DNA of 63,855 nt, the filler included, from Guillardia theta CCMP2712 (taxonomy: Eukaryota > Protista > Cryptophyta), in assembly GCF_000315625.1 (NCBI RefSeq). It is 3 parts of 3 records of this genome, joined end to end, with 100 filler letters (N's around TTAATTAATTAA, not from the genome) between each part and the next. Parts side by side here need not be neighbours in the genome. Positions count along the whole stretch, not along the records: positions 1 to 28,800 come from NW_005434497.1; positions 28,901 to 59,437 come from NW_005434463.1; 1 more part is not named here. One strand, 5' to 3'. This document shows, piece by piece, positions 25,616 to 39,400 of this stretch; position 1 is the stretch's first letter; each line of letters begins with the position of its first letter. The translations under genes were made by a program, and so were the position numbers. The notes beneath the pieces were generated by a model. The model saw only the letters and a program-made list of their open reading frames with translations, did no database searches and was not told the DNA's origin.

Positions 25616-27803
25616 TCCTCCTGCTCCCGACCCTCCTTGTTTGCTCCTCCAACTTGATCTTTCTTAGTCTGTTTTCCTGTCTGATCCTCCTCCTCTTTCC
25701 CATCGCTCTGCTCAACCTTCACCTTCACCTCCCCATCATCAACCTCCTCTTTCACCTCCTGTCCCTCCTCCACCTCATCCTTCACTTCCTCACCTCCCTT
25801 CTCCTTCCCTTCCTCCTCCTTCACTTCTTTCGTTGTGTCACTCCTCTTCCTGAGCCTCCTCTCCCTCCTCGCCTTCTCCCCGTACGTCTCGATCGCATGT
25901 ACCGCTCCCACCACCACGTTGTTGAAGATGCAAAACCCGCACGAGATACAGTCCTTGATCAGCCCGTCCTTCCCCGCATGATGCCCGGGCGGCCGGACGC
26001 AGCAGAACGCTGCCCTCGCCTTCCCCCGCACCACCTGGTCGATAGCATGGCACACCCCTCCCGCTGCCCGCAGCGCAGCCCGGTAGCTCCCCTTGGAGAA
26101 GAAAGTGTCTCCCTCCCCGTCCGCAGTCTCCCACCCTCCTCTCGTTCCGCTGCTCGCCAGTGCCGTCTGGACTCTCGGAGTGAAGGGCACCGGGCCCTCC
26201 GAGGACGCGACCTGCTCCGACAGCTCCCTGACGAAACTCACGTAGGCTCGTGAGTGGACCCTCAGCACGCTTTCCTCCCTTGCAGGCTCGAAGGAGCAGT
26301 CGATGCTCAGCTCGTAGTCCTCGAACTTGTCCGCTCCCCTCGTCGACCTCAGCTTCGCCAGGATCGCCCGCACCCGATCCGGCGCCTCCTGATGACCGAC
26401 CTTGGTGTGGTGCTCGAGACAGTCGTCGTGATGCACGACGAGCACTCGGCATCCCCCTCCTCCATGGTCCTTGTCGTAGCTCAGGATCGCCTTTCGCACC
26501 CTCTTCCTCGCCGCACAGCTCACTCTCATCGCGAGTTTCCCCCCCTTCGCCATGCTCGTGGACGAAGAGGAGGAGGAGGAGGAGGAGGAGGACGCGTTGT
26601 CCACCGCAGCAACGTCCAGTGGCGTCTGAAACCTCAGGTTCCTCCTCCTTGGATCAGCCCCGTGCTGAAGGAGGAGGACGCAAACTTTCTCGTGCCCCTT
26701 GCAGGAGGCGATGTGCATCGGAGTCTCCCCGGCAGCGTTCGCGTCGTCCACTCCTCCTCCTCCCTTCCTCTGACCCAGCAGCAGGCCCATCACGCCCTCG
26801 TTGCCCGTGAACGCTGCCCAATGCAGGCTGTTGTTGCCCCGCAGGTCCCTTTGGAGGACATCGGCCTTCGCCTCCAGCAGCATACCGCAAACTCGCTCCT
26901 CCTCCACGAAGGAGCAGCGCATCAGGGCCGTGTACCCGTGCTCCTCCGCCTCGTTCACCGCCCTCCTCCTCTCCTCCTCCGTCTTGAAGTCAGCGAGGAT
27001 CGACTCAACTGACTGCAGCCGGGAGGGCGAGGACTCATCCACCATTGCCATGAACACCGCCGGCCCCTTAGTCGCTCCGACGTTGTGCGGCGTCATGACC
27101 TCGACAGTAGTCAGAGAGTCTTCAGGGATGATCAGGTGCTCCAGCTTCGGCTTGTTGCTGTCCTTCCTCACCTTCCATCATCAAGAATCATTATTCTCAC
27201 CTCCCTGCCCCCGCCTCTGCCCTTGCCTCCTCTACATACCTCCCTCCCCTCCCTCCCTCCTCTCCTTTGTCTCTCCTCCTCACTGCTCCTACCACCCTTC
27301 CATCCTCTCCCCCCCCCCCAGCACTGCTCCTCTCCTCCTCATCTCCTGCCCCCCTCGTCTCCAGCAGGGCTCACCTCCTCCACCGGGCAAGGCACAGACG
27401 CGCTTGGTTCCTCCTGCAGGCTAGAGGTGAGAATAGCCAAGAGGAGCGAAACATGCAGGGCAGCGCGACAGAGACGCGCAAGGAGCCGACAAAATCAATG
27501 GCGTTGGCGAGGACACGTGTGCGCATGCACAACTTGGATCGAGCAAGCAGAATCCACATATTATCTCACTTGTTGTTCAGCCTTCATGTCTGCTGCCGGA
27601 TCGTTCGCCTTCGCCTTCTTCGTTCTTCCCGAACCGTCGGAAACCTCCGGCGACGACGACTCGTGGTCGAGGAGGAGAGAGCCAGCGACGTTCTCCTGCT
27701 CCAGGGACTTCTTCCTTGCTCGTGTTGCTCTCTGAGAAGAGATCGCACTGTCTGCGTTCGCTTCGATCTCAAGTTTCGGCCGCATTCCAGTCCTGCTCCC
27801 CAT
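23826..27803 (-). CDS. Ankyrin-repeat plus class II histone deacetylase fusion protein, multi-exon
   Basis: ANK motifs (GNNSLHWAA, GETPMHIASCKGH, TPLDVA) precede HDAC motifs RPPGHHAG, GFCIFNN, DLDVHHGNGT, YPGTG, AGFD and VLEGGY. Both ends are approximate. Confidence 0.85.
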
Positions 27804-28844
27804 CTTCGCACACGTGTCAAACAGGTTGCGCAGGTTTGACCGCGAGACAATGCGTGCAAGAATAGATATTGTCATGGTTGGAATTTCAAAAATCCAACTT
27901 CAATCTGATTGTTTACATCACAAGTAGTTGGTTTCAATCAGCCAGGATGTATCAAGTACGCAACACGAAAAACAGTCATATTTGAAAGATCTTGTTCGAC
28001 AAGTCTCTGCTTTCGTCTGAATTCGAAGGCAGAACAGGGTGCAAAACCGTCTCTCGATGTCGTTGTTTCTAATGCATCACACAAATAACACAGCTTCAAT
28101 CATGTCATCGCTATTTCTAGCACTGCTCGTACTCATTTTCTCCTCGGTGGTATTAAAATTGTACCTCCTCGAATACAACCTTAATCTCCCAAACCTTCAT
28201 ACGGCCATTCCCATCCTGTACATACTCCTTTCCATCCTCGTTCTCATGCCCCTTCCCGTTCCTCCTCCTCCTCCTCCTCCTCCTCCTCCTCCTCCGGTTC
28301 TGTGACTCCAAATCCTCGTCGCTACCTCCCTTCATTGATCCAGCACTCTCACCACCCTACCCACTACCCTCCTCGGCCTCCAGCCTACCCCACCCATATT
28401 TCGCCTTCAAATTTTACATATAACACCCCCTTATTTGGACCACCCCCCACACCCCGTTGAAGTTTGCAAGGCAGCAAAATTTCTGCAGAGAATGAAAGGA
28501 TCACGAAATCGCTGCCGCAATTTATTGGGGGGTAGGGGTCATACAGAATTTCAATTTTGAAGCAGTAAAAACTGGAGAAAAGGGGGTAGGGGTATTTCTT
28601 CCGTTTCATCTCAGAGGGGTGGGGTAGTATTCGGGTAATCAATCGGTCATTGTTGCTTTTTACTCAATTTCTGCCAGATCTTGCAACCCGCCTCAGAGGA
28701 GGATCAACGGAAATGCAAGGAGAGCGGCAAAGAGAAGGAGCAGGAGGAGGGGGAGGGGGAGGGGGAGGGGGAGAGGGGAGAGGGGAGAGGGGAGAGGGGA
28801 NNNNNNNNNNNNNNNNNNNNNNNNNNNNNNNNNNNNNNNNNNNN

Positions 28845-28856
28845 TTAATTAATTAA
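28845..28856. other. Artificial scaffold-joining linker TTAATTAATTAA within Ns
   Basis: Six-frame stop linker flanked by N runs; identical copy at 59482-59493. Confidence 0.85.
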
Positions 28857-28919
28857 NNNNNNNNNNNNNNNNNNNNNNNNNNNNNNNNNNNNNNNNNNNN
28901 GGGGGGGGGAGGTTCGAAC

Positions 28920-29052
28920 CTCACAAAGAGGATTCTGTTCACTTCGGGGGGCAGGCGCGCCTGATGCAGAATCAGGAGATAAGAACTTGACAGCTCGTTG
29001 TCACATTTGCGCGGCCCCTCCATGCATTCTGAACGCCGGGATCCAAAGCCAT
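28920..29052 (-). CDS. SF3B6: Splicing factor 3B subunit 6 (p14), first two exons; remainder cut off by the scaffold end
   Basis: Spliced MALDPGVQNAWRGRAN|ARLPPEVNRILFVR matches the conserved RLPPEVNRIL motif of p14; 44-nt GT-AG intron. Confidence 0.8.
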
Positions 29053-31476
29053 GGGAGGATCGAGAGAGTATGAAGGAGTGAAGTTCGAGGATAGATCGCC
29101 AAGACAACCACTGTCAACCACACGTTACTTCAACCACCGAACCAAACCTGGCGAAAAGATGTCGGATCCGGATCCGACATCCCCGTCCTCTCCTGCTCTT
29201 TCTCGTGCTCCTCCTCCCCTCGCCTTGTCTTCCCCGACTGCTTCTCTACCCTGCCCAGCCCCCGTTTCCCTTGCTGTCTCGGCAACTCTTCCTACGGACA
29301 ACAGCACTGAACAAAGTAGGATTCGAGACCGAAGCGAGAAGAAACAACAGCACTCTCCCACTCATACATGGCTCTCTCGTCAAACTCTTTCCCCACTGTG
29401 CCTCCTCCCTTCTTCGCTCCCTCCCGCTCTGTCTTCGTCGTCTCCTCCCTATCGCACGTTCTCCGGCGATGGCATCCCTGTTTTTCCTTCCATACTCGCC
29501 TTTCCCTCCCTGACAGCACAGCGCAATGCAACTTACACTGATTTTCTTCCTCCTAAATGCATTCTTGCTATCCTTCAACGAATCTATCCTCCTCCTCCTC
29601 CTCCTCCTCCTCCTCCTCCCCCTTCCGCCTCCCCCTCCTGCTCCTGCTCCTCCTCCAAGTTTCGTTTCTCGCAAGCGCCCCTGCTAGGGAAATGGAATGG
29701 GGGGAGGGTTTGGGGTATTAGGACACACCGGTGGGTATGCGAAAGGGTAGGTGGGGTGCTGTAAGATTTGGTCATTACATGGGGTAGTAAAAACATGATA
29801 TACTGGGTAGGGTAGTGATAATTGAGTGGTAGGGGTGGATAACTTTACTAGATTTCAAGGGTGGGGTTGTAGGACCGTGAAGGGGGAGGGAAGGAAAAAG
29901 GGGGTATGGAAAACTTATCAACTAGTAGGTGGGGTGGTATGGGGAACTTAGGGGTAGAGAAGGTCCTCACAACTTTATTAGGGGGTAGGGGTTATCCCTT
30001 TTCCTACAATCTGGGGTAGTATAAACATGGTGGGGTAAGGGATCTCGGGGTGACAGAAATGATGGACAAAGGGTGGGTACGTATTGGAAGTTTGTGGGTA
30101 CAGACGAAAAACACAGGGGTATTCTTCCGAGAGGATTGGGAAACAAGGGGGGTAAATTTCAAAAATTCACAAAATGGGGGGTCATGAGTCAAGAGGGTGG
30201 GTGGGTGATACTGGTTTTGTTGAAAGGAAATCCAGGAGACCTCGGGGGGGAGATACTTGAGGTTGTGGTGAATGGGTGGGTAGTTTCAGGTAAAACAGGG
30301 GGTGGGTAATCTTCGTAACAGGTCTGTATGTGTCTCTGCCAAGGTAGGGTATAGGGTGCTAAAATTGGGGGGTAGGGGTGGTCTGACGCGGACTAGATTT
30401 TTTAAAAAAAACATTTTTTTTAAAAGATAAACCCTTTGATGACCCTTACCCTCTCCTGTACTACCTACCCCCTCATGAAACACCTACCCTATCTTTTGAT
30501 TTCATTTTTGTCATGAATACACCCGTACTCATACAGTTTACACCCCTAGTTTCTCCCGTCTCCATACGCCCTTACCCACCATGTTACCGTCCAGCACTTC
30601 TACCCACCTCATGACCACCCCTGGTTGGCCCATGTTTAGTACCACCCCTACATGGAGTGTACCCTCATCCCCGCTCATAAATGCTGCTGGTCAAAAAGAA
30701 TACCTCATCCCCCCTCATACCCACCTCCTGCTCAAGTTGCCCTCTTCCCCGCTCACCCCTGCACATCTTCGAAGAGTCAGGATATGCTGGCTGGGCGGCC
30801 CTTCGATGGGAGGAAGGAGGAGGGGGGAGAGAGGAGGGAGGAGGGAGGAGAGAGGAGAGGGAGAGGGGAGGGGGTGAGGGAGGGAGCAGGGAGCTGGGAG
30901 CAGGGAGGGAGCAGGGAGGGAGCAGGCTTTCAGTGGTGGTAGATGTGGGAAATTAGGAGGTTGAGAAGGGAGGGTACGAAGTAGGGGAAGATACGGTACA
31001 ATTGAAATGGAGGCATGATAACCAGGGAATGGAGTGTCTGTGCAGTGGAAGGAACGAAAACGAGCAGTGATTTGTTCTGTTCAGTCATGGAGCAGCACAA
31101 GTAGCACTAGGCAGTGAGACATGATGATAGCTGTTGCATGTGAGTCAGAGAGTGGAAGCCGAACCTGTTGGTCTTGTTGGGGGTCGCAGAATGCTGACTG
31201 TTGTGAGTGTTGGTACATCCGACGTAGGGTGGAGTACAGGAGTGTTTGGCAGGGATGGTGTAATAGTCATGTATGGTACTGATGGTGTACTAGCAAGAAA
31301 TATGTGCCAGCTGTCCTTACAATGAGCCGAAGAAAGAACTCGCAGAGAAGCATTGAGATAGAAACATTTCAACGTAGCATCTGACCCAGCAGCTGCCTCG
31401 CGTTGCCGACTGCTAGCTTCGTCTTTTGGCTCAAGAATCTACTTGTCCGGGGGCGCTGACTATCGTGGAACAGGAC

Positions 31477-31940
31477 ATGTTCGGCGCTAAGTTGATGGGA
31501 ATGGCTTCGGCTCCTGGCAACATCGTTGCTGCTCTCGGGCGTCCAATCCATATGGTTGTCCTCGACTTCCCTTCTGCCTTCTTTGTCGCGAAGCCCCAGC
31601 ACCACCTCCACCACCACCCTCTCCTCCTTCACCACCTACCCCACTTCCTCCTTGGTTTTTTTTTGGCCTTCCTCTCTCTTCTCTCGTTTGTCGTCGCGCT
31701 CGTCGGGTCCTCTTCTCCTCTCGCTGATTCCTCGATGGCAGGATGCCACAGGAAACCAGGACTCTTTCTTCAAGGCCCGCGAGAGCAACGCTGGATTCCG
31801 TGCGTCCGTGTTCGCAAACCCCATGGTGAGTATGAGGAGGTGGCGACCTAAGTTTGTGCGTTTGTTGGGGTGGGTAGGGAGAAGTGGGCCAAGCAGGGAA
31901 GATGCGTGCAGTCTGACGCCTTTAGCAGATGAGCATGTAA
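31477..31940 (+). CDS. Putative ~57-aa microprotein, 3 exons
   Basis: MFGAKLMGMASAPGNIVAALGRPIHM|DATGNQDSFFKARESNAGFRASVFANPM|MSM*, using GT-AG introns 31555-31741 and 31826-31928. An upstream acceptor suggests it may have further 5' exons. Confidence 0.45.
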
Positions 31941-32198
31941 GATATACGATCTCACGGGCGTCGGGCGAAGGAAACTGATGGAGCCTACGACCATAATGAC
32001 GTGGGCGTCTCTTTGTGCATGAAGATTTTGACATTCCATGAGCTACTAGTGTGTCATCTTGCGACAAAACTACTTCACTCACACTCTCAAGAGACAGCTC
32101 AGCTGGAGCTGAGCAGGGGGAAAGCAAGCAAAGGATGTGCTGCTGTCTATCACAATGACAATAAGGATACTGCGGCGAGATCTGTGCCTCTGTCTTCC

Positions 32199-32926
32199 TC
32201 AGATGTCATTCTCGTCCCCTGATTCTACTTCTTCCGCCTGCAGTGCTTGTGCTTGCATATACTCCAAATCCAGCTGCTGCTCCAGCCGTGCGAACTCCGG
32301 CGGGTTGAGAGTCTTGAGCCGCTTCATTGTGTCTTCCAGTTGTGCGATGTTCTCCTTGGACTGGACTGTATTGCCGTGACGGTCATGAGCGGAACGCCAG
32401 GCATGGTAGTAACGGGTGTACATGGCGAAGTAAGGGTTTGACCCCAGCGGGTCCTCCACCTCCTTGAGCACCTTAGCAATCCTCCTCGAGATCCTGTACC
32501 TTTGCATCCTCGCCGTGCTCAGGTGGTCCTGGAACATCCTGACCTCCTCGCTCGAGCATTGTCCGTCCTTAGACATGGTGTTGAACTGAAGCTTGAGAGC
32601 CTCGTACTCCTCTGCCTTGTCCTTCTCCAGCTGCACCAGCCTGCCGGCATCGTCAGCCTCCTCTTCTCCCCTCGAGTTCTCACTCACTCTTTGAGAGAGC
32701 TGGGCAACGTTCGCTCGTAGTCCAGGCTGCTCTTCTTGGTCAAACTCAGCCTTCGGCTTCGCACATTGTCGTCCTGCCGCCCTGCAGGCTCAGAAGTGGG
32801 GCTCTTGGGAGTGAAGGCCTTCCTTGCGAAGTAAGTTCTGTTCCTCGGCCGGCTCTCCATGCAGGAGGTCATGAGATCGCAGTCGACGCACCACCAGAAG
32901 TTCTCCATCAAGTCTGTCTGCGACAT
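32199..32926 (-). CDS. Hypothetical helical protein, 2 exons
   Basis: Two ORFs join through a short GTGAGT...CTGAC...CAG intron near 32642-32687; coding-like composition. Confidence 0.55.
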
Positions 32927-35900
32927 TGTCTGTCCGATTTACTTTCTCTCCTGCAGCACCACAGCGTTACTCCCGCATCACTCGCCGCATTGTCTGCTTG
33001 ATAACTACATCATATAAACTACCCTCGAAAACTATTCTTGAATCCTCTTCAGCACCTCGCTGTGCTGGACAATGTGTAATTTGTGCCAAGCACAAGGACA
33101 AGGTGAGCGAAAGAGGGAGAAAGAAGTGAAGACAGGCAGCAGATCAGAGGCAGGGACACGAGGGCAAAAGCTGATGTAGGATGAGCAGGAGCATGTCAGG
33201 AGAATGAGCAGCAGGCACTGAAAAGCAGGAAGAGGAGGAGGAGGAGGAGGAGGAGGAGGATCGGACGGTACTACCGTGGGACCTCCTCAATCAAGCCTAT
33301 TCCGAACCCAACCCCCGACCCCCCGTACGACCATCACCCCACCCCCTGTCAGTTAGGGAAGGCAGGGGTGGTTTCTTCCATAAGTTAACAGTCAACAATG
33401 CATGTGGGTGGGGTGGTTCGAATGTGAGAACAATACCGGGGTGCTTTTCCCTGTTCCGAATGGAATAAGGATGGTGGGGGGTGGGGGGGTTCTTGCATGA
33501 TTGGGGCTATCCGAGGGAAGGGGGGTACTGCAGAAGGCGAAGCCGGTGATGACCAGGGGTGGTCATCCAGTGGAGACTAGGGGGGGTAGGGGTTGTTTGC
33601 ACAAAACAAAAATGTGGACAATACAAGGAAGGCAGCGGGTTGAGGGGTGGGGGTACTGACTGGGGAATCAGGGGGGTGACTTACGGGGTACAATAGATGG
33701 CTCTAGGCTCCACAGGTCGGGGTGGGTAGAACAGGGTGGTAGGGGGGGTGGCCGAATGTTGCCCTGTACATTTCGCGACGATAATGAACAAACAACCCCC
33801 CACCCCACCCAGGCAACTTTGGCTCTCATCGGACCCCCTACCCTACCGTAGACCCATTCGGTAGCGTTTGTAGCAGTGGCCCGAGAGGTTTACTGGTAGT
33901 ACCCACCCTACCTGGAGGAGGCTAATAGCTACCGGTGAGGCTGGCAGGTAAGGGAGGGGGTGGGGTCCCTGCTCTACTCTGCTGGTACATCCGATGCCTT
34001 CATCTAGTCGGTCAACTTTGTAACGTCTTGTCGTTACCGCCGTTACTGTAGTGTGGCGCCTCAGTAACGGTCGGAGTTACAGCAGGGTTTCCAGGCTTGG
34101 CCGCGTGACTGACCGTACCGTACCATCGGACGGTGACTTCAGAGTCACTGCAAAAGCCAAGCATGACATGTTTGTTGTTTTCGATTTCTTTCTGCGCACA
34201 GGCTCGACATGTACTCAGGTTATCAGACTGAGATGATTCCCCTGCACCTCAGGGCCTACCGTGGCAAGGCTCCCCGGGCTCAAACTAGCCGCGGCCACTA
34301 GCCGCGGCGGCTCGCCCGGGGCCTCGGTCACACTACTAGTCACCGTGCTGAGTGATGACCATGCCGCACTGCGGCACGGTACAGTGGGGCCCGGGGACTC
34401 GGATCAGTGCAAAGCAGCGCAGCCTGATGACCAAAGGCCCGGGCTCATCATGAGCGGCTAAAAGTAACTGTAAGGTGAGGCTATGGCAAGGGCCGCTCTT
34501 CCGAGTGACTGATTGACTCGTATTCATTGAACTTGATGTACCGGGCCCCCCGATCGGACACCCGTGCCCGCCGCCGCGGCCCGGGCGGGCCTCCGGGGCG
34601 GCCCCGGCCCCTGAGTGACGCCGGACCCGGAGCCTAAGGGTGCTGATCTAGACTGAGCCTTGGAGTATGAGGAGCTGTTGAGCATCTACTGGCTGTGACG
34701 CCGTGACGACGCATGCGGAGCCTCGGAGTCATCGGGTAGAAGCAGCTCGTTGAGAAAGTGAGTGTGAGGGGCATCTCTACGAGCGCCGAGTCAGCCTTGT
34801 CCTCCAGAACGTGAGGTAGGAGCTGACCTGACGTGTCGGAGATCACAAGAGCTGACGACAAGCAATGGATGTCCAGTCACCACCTTGGATGCCAAGGGAG
34901 GGATGGAAAGGCTTCCTGCTGATAGAATCTACTTGAGGCCCGTTCACTTCTGTCAAGGAGGCTACGACGCGATCCTTGCTGGTAGAGTATTTGCAGCTGA
35001 CAGCGGCAACTTCAGGACTTTCGGATCAGCCGAGTCGAGGGCGGCGGGGCGCTAGAGGAGGAGGGATAGGAGGAAGGGGAGGAGAAGGAGCAGGCAGAGG
35101 TGGTAAGTATGGACAGCGTGTGATCTCACCTGCATGATCAAGGGAGCCTGGGCACTAGGGAAGTGAGGAAGAGAGCGGCTAGGAGTTATCGATACAATCA
35201 AGTCAGAGGAAAATGAGACTATCTTTATCGATATGATCAAGGAAAATCAATCAATCAAACAATTGAAGAGTTCGTCCCTCCTGCTCTGATTGCCTGATCG
35301 CCTCCTCTCCGCTTCTTCCCNNNNNNNNNNNNNNNNNNNNNNNNNNNNNNNNNNNNNNNNNNNNNNNNNNNNNNNNNNNNNNNNNNNNNNNNNNNNNNNN
35401 NNNNNNNNNNNNNNNNNNNNNNNNNNNNNNNNNNNNNNNNNNNNNNNNNNNNNNNNNNNNNNNNNNNNNNNNNNNNNNNNNNNNNNNNNNNNNNNNNNNN
35501 NNNNNNNNNNNNNNNNNNNNNNNNNNNNNNNNNNNNNNNNNNNNNNNNNNNNNNNNNNNNNNNNNNNNNNNNNNNNNNNNNNNNNNNNNNNNNNNNNNNN
35601 NNNNNNNNNNNNNNNNNNNNNNNNNNNNNNNNNNNNNNNNNNNNNNNNNNNNNNNNNNNNNNNNNNNNNNNNNNNNNNNNNNNNNNNNNNNNNNNNNNNN
35701 NNNNNNNNNNNNNNNNNNNNNNNNNNNNNNNNNNNNNNNNNNNNNNNNNNNNNNNNNNNNNNNNNNNNNNNNNNNNNNNNNNNNNNNNNNNNNNNNNNNN
35801 NNNNNNNNNNNNNNNNNNNNNNNNNNNNNNNNNNNNNNNNNNNNNNNNNNNNNNNNNNNNNNNNNNNNNNNNNNNNNNNNNNNNNNNNNNNNNNNNNNNN

Positions 35901-36435
35901 NNNNNNNNNNNNNNNNNNNNNNNNNNNNNNNNNNNNNNNNNNNNNNNNNNNNNNNNNNNNNNNNNNNNNNNNNNNNNNNNNNNNNNNNNNNNNNNNNNNN
36001 NNNNNNNNNNNNNNNNNNNNNNNNNNNNNNNNNNNNNNNNNNNNNNNNNNNNNNNNNNNNNNNNNNNNNNNNNNNNNNNNNNNNNNNNNNNNNNNNNNNN
36101 NNNNNNNNNNNNNNNNNNNNNNNNNNNNNNNNNNNNNNNNNNNNNNNNNNNNNNNNNNNNNNNNNNNNNNNNNNNNNNNNNNNGAGAGACGAGAGGAGGA
36201 CGAGAGGGGAGGACAGGGGAGGACAGGGAAGGACAGGGAGGAGGGAGAGAGGAGACGAGAGGAGACGAGACGAGACGAGACGAGAGGGCAGGGCAGGGCA
36301 GGGCAGGGCAGAGCAGAGCAGAGCAGAGCAGAGGAGTGAATTTGAGAAGGGGATGGAGCCGTACCAAGAACAAACAGACTGACAGTACTTACCGAGCAGA
36401 GAGCTGGAAGACCGTCAGAAGACGGAGGCTTAGAC

Positions 36436-39400
36436 ATGCATCGGACGACCCTCCTCCTTGCCGTAGTGCTGCTCATGCTGAGCGGAAGCTTGTGGATAGA
36501 TCGAGGAGGAGGCGCTGTTCTGGTCTACGGACAACTGCAAGAAACCACATGTGAAGGTATAGCTAAACAACATTCTCCACTTGTGCAGTCACAAGCTTGT
36601 CTTGTCTTGTAGTATCTAACATGCACTCTCATTCTCTTGTTCTTGGGCATCTGATGTAGCAGCAGGGAAGGAGGTGTTGAGCATCGCCTGGAGCAGCTAC
36701 AACATCAGCAGCATGCTTTCAAACATCAGCATATCGATTGCCCGCGAGTACGCGACGGCAGTGGAGCACGTGGAGAATGTAGGGGAGCAGCTGTTTCCTG
36801 ACTGGCAAGGGAACCTGATCATCTTCGGGGGAAGAGACGTCGAGGGAGCGAGAAACGACACTCTCTACTTCAACCCCCGCGGTCCTCTTTCCTCCCTTCC
36901 TCCCCCTCCCTCGTCTCTCTCTACGTCTCCTCGCTTCGCTTGAATCTTGTGTGACATGACGGGCAGATGGCAGCTTGTCCGAGGTCGAGGTAGGAGGCAG
37001 CCCTCCGGCGCGATGGGGTCACTCTGCCTGCTGGACAGGAGCTGGGGCGGCCAGGCCGATGCCGTACCCCACGCAGGAGTCGTACGGGGGGCTGCTGAAG
37101 CCGCATGACACGCTCTTCGACGCCAGCGGGCACCCAACACAACCCCAGCTGGAGGCGATCAGAGGTCACTTCGTGCTAGGAGGCTCCTTGTCTGCCTGCT
37201 CAGGTGGGGTCGAGACGCACGTGCTGACGGGCTCGCAGCCCTGCAGGGAAAGCGCAAGAGGGTGCAGCTGCGTAGTGCTGGAGGTGACGACAGAGGAGGG
37301 GGGGAAGCGACTGCAGGACGTGCCGGCCCAGGGCTCCTCCCTGTGGAGCGGGTGGCGGTTGCAGGTGGTGTCAGGCCCGCTGGCGGGGTACGAGGGAGTG
37401 ATCTCCTACAACGCAGCTGGAAGATACAACATCATCCCCGCGCTCTCGAGCCTCCTCGCCGAAGGGTCTCACTTCCTCCTCTCCGATCCCCACGCCCGGA
37501 AGACTCCAGCTGTCCCCCAGAACGTCATGTGGGTGTTTGGAGGGGTGGACGAGCTTGACAGTGTGTCAAATCAGCTCTTCGCCCTCAGCACAGCTGGAAA
37601 TGGACTGACCGTCGCCGCCGCCTACGACCGGAAGGTTTGGGCGGTAGAGGACTATGTGTACGGTACTCAGAACTGGGTCGGAGTGTCGGCGACGTCGATC
37701 TGCGGGGAGTTTGGAACGATCCTGGGAGGGTATCAACAGCTGGGGTACAGGAGCAGCATCAGCAAGCTGTACAGCATCAGCTCCTCGCACACAGCCGTCT
37801 CCCTCTCCTTCGACTTCATCAAGATCGACCTCTGGCAGGGCGCGACCGCCCAGCTGTTGGTCGACCAGACGCTCGTCTGGTCTCAGTCGCTCTACTCCAA
37901 CATCACGGACAGGAACGAGTGCGGCGAGCAGGCAGCCGGGGGCCTGCTGGGGGAGAGGAGGATCAAGGTCAACGTGACTCTTCCTCACAACTCGTCGACT
38001 TTGCGGCTGACTATCAACGTGACGTCGGCTGATCCGAACGAGCTGGATTTGTGGTGGGGGATCAAGGGCATGCGGGTGAGGACGCTGCCGAGGGGTTTCT
38101 CGTGGTCAGAGGTGAAGCAGGAGGGAGCGCGACCGGAGGCGAGGAGCCACCATGCTGCCGTCATGTTCCAAGAGCGCATGTTCCTCTTCGGAGGTCGCGT
38201 GCCCTCGCAGGTCCTGCCGGTGCAGGAGAGCCTGCTGCCCTACCTCAACCTGAGCCTTCAGCTGGACGTGAAGCTCGGCGATTTCTTCTCCTTCAACACC
38301 TCCTCCAACGTCTGGACGTCTCTCAGCTCCCTCCCCGACCTCCCTGCCGCCAGGTCTCACCACACGCTGGTGGCGGACGGAGGCGACAACCTGATCCTGT
38401 TCGGGGGGCAGGCGCAGCTGGGACTTCTGCTCAACGACCTCTCCGTCTTCTCCGTGCGATCGCAGAGGTGGAAGCGACCCGTCGCCCTCGGTCAGCCTCC
38501 GGCTCCCCGGGCTGGGCATGCGGCGGCTGTGAAGGGAGGGAGGATGTGGGTGTACGGGGGGATGGAGATGGAGCTGGTCTCCAAGAGCGTGCGGCTGCTG
38601 GGAGACGTTCACTACCTGACCCTCTCCGACCTCACGTGGCGGCAGGTGGCGAGTGACGTCAGCATCCCCGACCGCCTCGCGCACGTGATGGTGGCAATGC
38701 TGACCGGAAGCCTCTACGTGCTGGCGGGGGCGACGGGGAAGAGTCGCAACGTGACGCTGCTGGGGGACGTGCAGCGGATGGAGGTGAAGTGCGGGGAGGG
38801 AAGGAGGAAGGAGCTGTACCCCAACAGAAGCTTCCTCGACTGCGACTCGATGCGCGAGAGCGAGGCCGTTCAGGCGAGGATCCGATGGCTGCAGACGCAG
38901 GGAACGAGGCAGATGCTGCAGGTGGAGGAGCAGCTGACGGCAGCCTACCAGGCGGCGAGGATGGCGGAGCTGCAGCACGAGAGGGACAGAAGCTGGTTCG
39001 ACGGGCAGCTGACCGACTACACGACCAACATCAACGCCCTCATCACCGAGGGGAAGATCTACACGCAGAGGCTGAGCCTCCTCCAGCAGGCCAGAGACTT
39101 CCGAGCTGTGCTCGAGCTGCAGTACGTGGAGCAGATGCAGGGGCTGGAGTCGGCGAAGAGAGCTCTCGAGATGAGGAGAGACGAGCTCAGAGAGCAGCTG
39201 GCCGCCACCCTGCAGGAGCTCGAGGTCACGGACGGCGTGCTGACCAAGAAGGCGCTAGCGGGGGCTCTCTCAGCTGGGGCCGGGCACGCGTGCGCTGTCA
39301 ACGTCAACGACGGGGTTCAGTGCTGGGGGCTCAACGACGCGAGGCAGAGCGAGGGGCCAGCTGGGAAGTTCGAGCAGGTAACGGCAGGCGACCACTTCTC

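Noticed and set aside
28801-28900. TTAATTAATTAA as a piggyBac TTAA site or regulatory palindrome
   Set aside because: It is embedded in symmetric N runs and repeated identically at 59482, so it is an assembly linker. Adjacency across it is not biological.
31369-32127. Minus-strand ORFs as a gene
   Set aside because: The + strand spliced model has better splice signals and codon pattern; the minus ORFs cross its pyrimidine-rich intron.
34700-35100. 5' exons of the Kelch/RCC1 gene
   Set aside because: That gene has its own signal-peptide start at 36436. This stretch is weakly coding-like but cannot be assigned.
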